From: Takakia lepidozioides
Lineage: Eukaryota > Plantae > Bryophyta
Direction: 5' to 3'
Assembly: GCA_030704615.1 (NCBI GenBank)
Contig: CM060733.1
Span: 39,060,001 to 39,124,000, forward strand
DNA length: 64,000 nucleotides
Below are positions 60,217 to 64,000 of the stretch, in pieces. The stretch's first letter is position 1, and the number at the start of each line of letters is the position of its first letter. Both the position numbers and the translations under genes were made by a program. The notes beneath the pieces are model-generated. The model saw only the letters and a list, made by a program, of their open reading frames with translations. It was not told the DNA's origin and ran no database searches.

Positions 60217-61558
60217 ACATTGGCTGGTAGCTCAGCTAGTAACCCGCTTCCCTGCCCCGTGTGTGGGATTGTTCGTGTTGGGAGGGTATATTGATTTTTT
60301 CTACCCTCAGGGTAAGGGTATACATCAAACTTATCCTCAGGGTAAGGGTATAATCTATTTTTTGAAAACATTTACCCTCCGGGTAAGGGTATATATAAAT
60401 TTTTGGTAAACATTTACCCTCAGGGTAAGGGTATTGGGTGCCACATATACCATGAGGGTAAGGGTAATTGCAGGATAATGGTACCATTTTTATATCCTCG
60501 GGATATCCCAGGATAATTATAAAGGGTAAATTAATTTTTTAAATTTTATTTGTGAATTTTATTTAAATACTTAGAATAAAGCTTCTTCTTTTTTATAAAG
60601 GGGACAGAGGCCCTACAAAAACTTTATTGGAGTGGAAAAATGAGAACAGAGAGGAGGAAAAAATAACCTCCTAAGGGACCGTACAGGCGTATCACATGGG
60701 GAACACCCAGCACTGGTAGGGAGTTGGGGGGGGGAAGGCAGGAGTTAACTAAGAACCAAAATCTCGGTGGGGGGAGGGAATTGCCAGAGGGCCTAACCAA
60801 GACAAAGCATTTCAACTATATAACATCCCAGTTATATATATTATAATGGGATATGCCTTTTATTTATATTTTTGTTTATTTTTTATGTGGCTTACGAATA
60901 GCAAAATTTTAGCCCTCATTAATGCTCCTCTAATGAAATATAATAACAAAACAACACATTTGATCATAATGAGGTTGCTTTGCACCATGGATAAGAGAAT
61001 GGCGGGGGTACCGGGGAAAGAGAGAGCGGCACACGCTTTTTCCAAGGAGAGAGTGGCAAGGACTGGTCTTGGAGCACAAGCTGCGAAAGGGAAAAGCAAC
61101 GAAACCCGGGGGGGGGGGGGGGGTGTGGGGGATGCTAGTGTTTGCCCTCTCTACTAGCAAATACCACACCTAAACCCCTAGTAATCAAATTATTATACCC
61201 TTCCCCTATTACCCGGCCATTGAACAGATTTACCCTCGGGGTAAGGGTATCCTTCGAAATTTCAAACCCCGGGGTATAATCCATTAAGGGTATAACAAAA
61301 ATAATTACCCTTGACAAGGGTAGGGTAAGGGTATTTTGGAATTTCCAGGGTAGGGTATATCCATATACCCTTATTGGGTTTTACCCTCAGGGTATAATGG
61401 CAGAAAAAGGGTATCCTCCCAACACTGGTCTGGGCGTTGATCGTCCTGTAGGTCTCATGGTCCATAAATGAAAGGGGGTTAATCTTTCCCCCTCCTCAAG
61501 GGCCTGAATTGTGGGCTGTCGCTCCCATATTTCCTGAAAAAAAAAAAAAAAAAAAAAA
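60217..61558 (+). mobile_element. Second tRNA-SINE copy, split by a MITE, poly(A) tail
   Basis: 5' part cacattggctggtagctcagctag..gtgggattgttcg (60217-60274, B-box region deleted). The 3' part 61428-61536 matches the copy at 7458-7684 and is followed by a long A run. Confidence 0.85.
60275..61427. mobile_element. Inner hAT-like MITE related to the outer element
   Basis: (CA)GTGTTGGGAGG...CCTCCCAACACTG termini and many TACCCTCAGGGTAAGGGTA palindromic subterminal motifs. It contains an L1-like 3' end on the minus strand near 60585-60700. Confidence 0.8.
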
Positions 61559-62508
61559 CCCCATTAAGGACCTAAATTGTGGGCAGGTTTCCTTATATAT
61601 ATATAGGCGAGATCTGAAGAGGTATTGTTTGGGTTATATGACATTTTAGGAATGATATATATGAAGCATTTGTTTTAGTTGTGATTGGAGCTTTCTTATA
61701 GCTCAAGGCTCCCTATCAACAGAACAAAAAGAGAAAAGACCTAGCATACAAAGGCTATGAAGGCACATAAAGGCCCTTATATACCGTGATTAGATATACC
61801 CTTCATTTTAACATATACCCTTTAGAAAAGTAGGGTATATTGAGCGTCTTGATGCAGGGTAAATATAACACCAAAATATTATGCAATATCTTATCAATTT
61901 TCTCTTTTACCCTAAATTGTTTTTTTGTGGTTTGTACATATTGAAGAACATCATATATTCCTTAAAACCATTAAATTATATATTAATTGAAATAACTATC
62001 CATACCCGGAAACTATTCATACCCTCAGGGTATATTTTGGCATATATCCATACCCGGGGTTATATAGAAATCTGAAAAGTTAATTTATCCATACCCGGAG
62101 GGTAAATGATTTGACAAAAAAAAATTACTTATACCCTAAGGGTATATTGAAATCAATATACCCGCACAACACTGGTATTAACGGTGTTGATATTCGTTTC
62201 AATACCAGTATAAATTTGTTTGAATTTTTGTCTCTTGTCTATATTTTGGACAGTTAAAAATGTAGATCTATTACTATAATTGCACTTCAATAAAATCAAT
62301 ATTAAGAGTTTTGACCCGTGTTGGACTGGTATCAAGTTTTCTACAAACCAATCTTGTCGGCTTGGTACCAGACGTATCACAAAATACGAGTCTGGTCAAT
62401 ATAATGGTGGATGTATTTTCCAGATGTTGGTATGGATATGAGTATCATGACCACAATACCAGCTGGTACGAGATATCAAATCTAGTATCATTCCAAAGCC
62501 ATCTTGAA

Positions 62509-64000
62509 CTACAAGTTTATCAAATAGCATGTATCAAGTGAAAACAAATAAAATACACATACTGAATTAAATTGACATAAGTACAAGTATCTACAGGGCC
62601 CATGTGGATCATGGAACATCAATTTATGTGTAAATATGCCTACCATTGTCTTCAAGATTGTGTTGAAAAGAACGGGATCAAGTTCAGGATCCGGAAACTC
62701 TGCACAAATGATTCGATCCTCTGCTGCTACATCCACCACTTTGTCTTCTGCTGCAAAGAATATAAGAAAATGCATGTGTGACAATCCACGTTTTTCAATT
62801 GTATAGACATGCACCACAGTTCGTCCAAGTACATTGATCTTCAAGATATCTTGAAGTAGTGCCTTGGACTTTTGCTTGAAAACACGGGCAACCAGATCAG
62901 GACAATGTACTGCATTCTGTCCTGATAGTATTGCACCTTTGATCTCAGGCCAGTCAGGGTTTGCGGTCATTGTTCCAAATATGTCGGGGTGTTTGAAATA
63001 GCGAGTGATGGCCATAGAATCTTGAAAGATCTCAAACATATTGCAGGAGCTACCCACGAAAGAGGAAGGTAAGATAACCCTACTTCCGAGATTTCAAAGT
63101 TCTATCTCTTCATTTCAATCGTTTCCTACTGTGTCCGCAAGACCTTGGTATACGTCGGCCCGTACTGTTGCCTGGTTCATTTCTACCCATCGCAACCAAG
63201 CTTACTCTGTTGCAACCCATGCATCTACAATGAACTCATGGAACAACTTTCCAGCACGAAGTATTGTAGAATATTCGTTATTTCTTGGATATAAAGGGTA
63301 CGAAAAAGAATTGCACTTCGTATAGCAGTGGGGTGCAAGTTGGCCCTGCTGTGTTTGCAGTTAGCAATCAGTTTTATCTGCAAAAAGAATGGGATTTAAT
63401 GGTAAGGTCCGAAGTACTGACCATGAAACTGTTCTCAACATCTTCTCGCACATTCTCACGCAAAGAACCCACCAAATGAAGAAAAGTTGGCATCAATGTT
63501 GTATTGGATTACTGAAACTAGTTCACAGCCCTAGCAAGATGGAAGCCTTAATGTTAAGAGAGACGAGATATAGGCTCCACGTACATATCGCGGGGTTCGA
63601 GAGCCCGCAAAAGATGCAGACTTCTGAAACTACTCTGGAGTTAAGGTACTTTGCATTAGACAGTTTTTGAAGTGTCCAATGCCCTTGTTAAACATAGGAG
63701 AACGTGTTCAAAAACTGATGTGCGTATAATTTTCAGAGCATTCCAAATCAATGCATAATGGAGAACATCAAAACCAACAACTTAGCCTACAAATGCCTAC
63801 AAGGAGCTTGCAAACAAAAGAATCAAGAAAGGCATCACGAAAATTGTGAGCACCATTGGGTGACACTGAACTGCTCGATTCCAATTCCAGGTGAAAACCA
63901 GGTGTGTCATTACAGCATTAGCTCTGGAGTACATTCCCAGTTTACTTGTTCAAACCAATGTGTTTGTGTTCAAATCGACATCTACAAACTAAAATTAATA
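62509..64000 (-). mobile_element. Decayed Helitron Rep (HUH endonuclease) region
   Basis: FQDSMAITRYFKHPDIFGTMTANPDWPEI..PDLVARVF..VYTIEKRGLSHMHFLIF..DRIICAEFPD. Upstream FHEFIVDAW and near-end FRK.IRT..VFSY motifs are broken by frameshifts. Confidence 0.9.

Larger units (their letters stand above)
59871..62174. mobile_element. Non-autonomous hAT-type element with ~300-bp inverted arms
   Basis: Termini CAGTGTTG...CAACACTG and a perfect 8-bp TSD GTATTAAC (59863-59870 / 62175-62182). Arms ~59871-60173 and ~61867-62174 carry repeated TACCC/GGGTA motifs. Confidence 0.92.

Overview
Eukaryotic nuclear DNA from a land plant, probably a non-seed plant. That placement is an inference from the spliced plant genes, the many decaying PLS-class PPR copies and the TE types. 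Apparently intact genes: the 5' part of GTG/COLD1 (GPR89) (minus, runs off the window), a HYL1/DRB1-type dsRNA-binding protein with a young 4x30-aa C-terminal repeat, ANKZF1/Vms1, a dirigent-like protein, Mini-RNase III and a DUF1764 protein. Decayed genes: an AP-5 mu pseudogene, several PPR pseudogenes and an orphan LOG 3' fragment. Mobile DNA: a very young, intact Ty3/Gypsy chromovirus nested in the integrase of an older deleted Gypsy element whose LTR forms a ~490-bp-arm foldback; an L1 fragment; two tRNA-derived SINEs; nested hAT MITEs; a Helitron Rep remnant; and a second Helitron-type 3' end. The most unusual signal is an RTEX-like LINE family present as about 10 5'-truncated copies, some only ~30 nt long. 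It has no poly(A) tail, its 13-17 bp TSDs all start with TCT, and its copies include a self-nested pair and a two-family chimera inside one TSD. All exon boundaries and alignments were read by eye and are approximate. No prokaryote-type system (CRISPR etc.) was seen.
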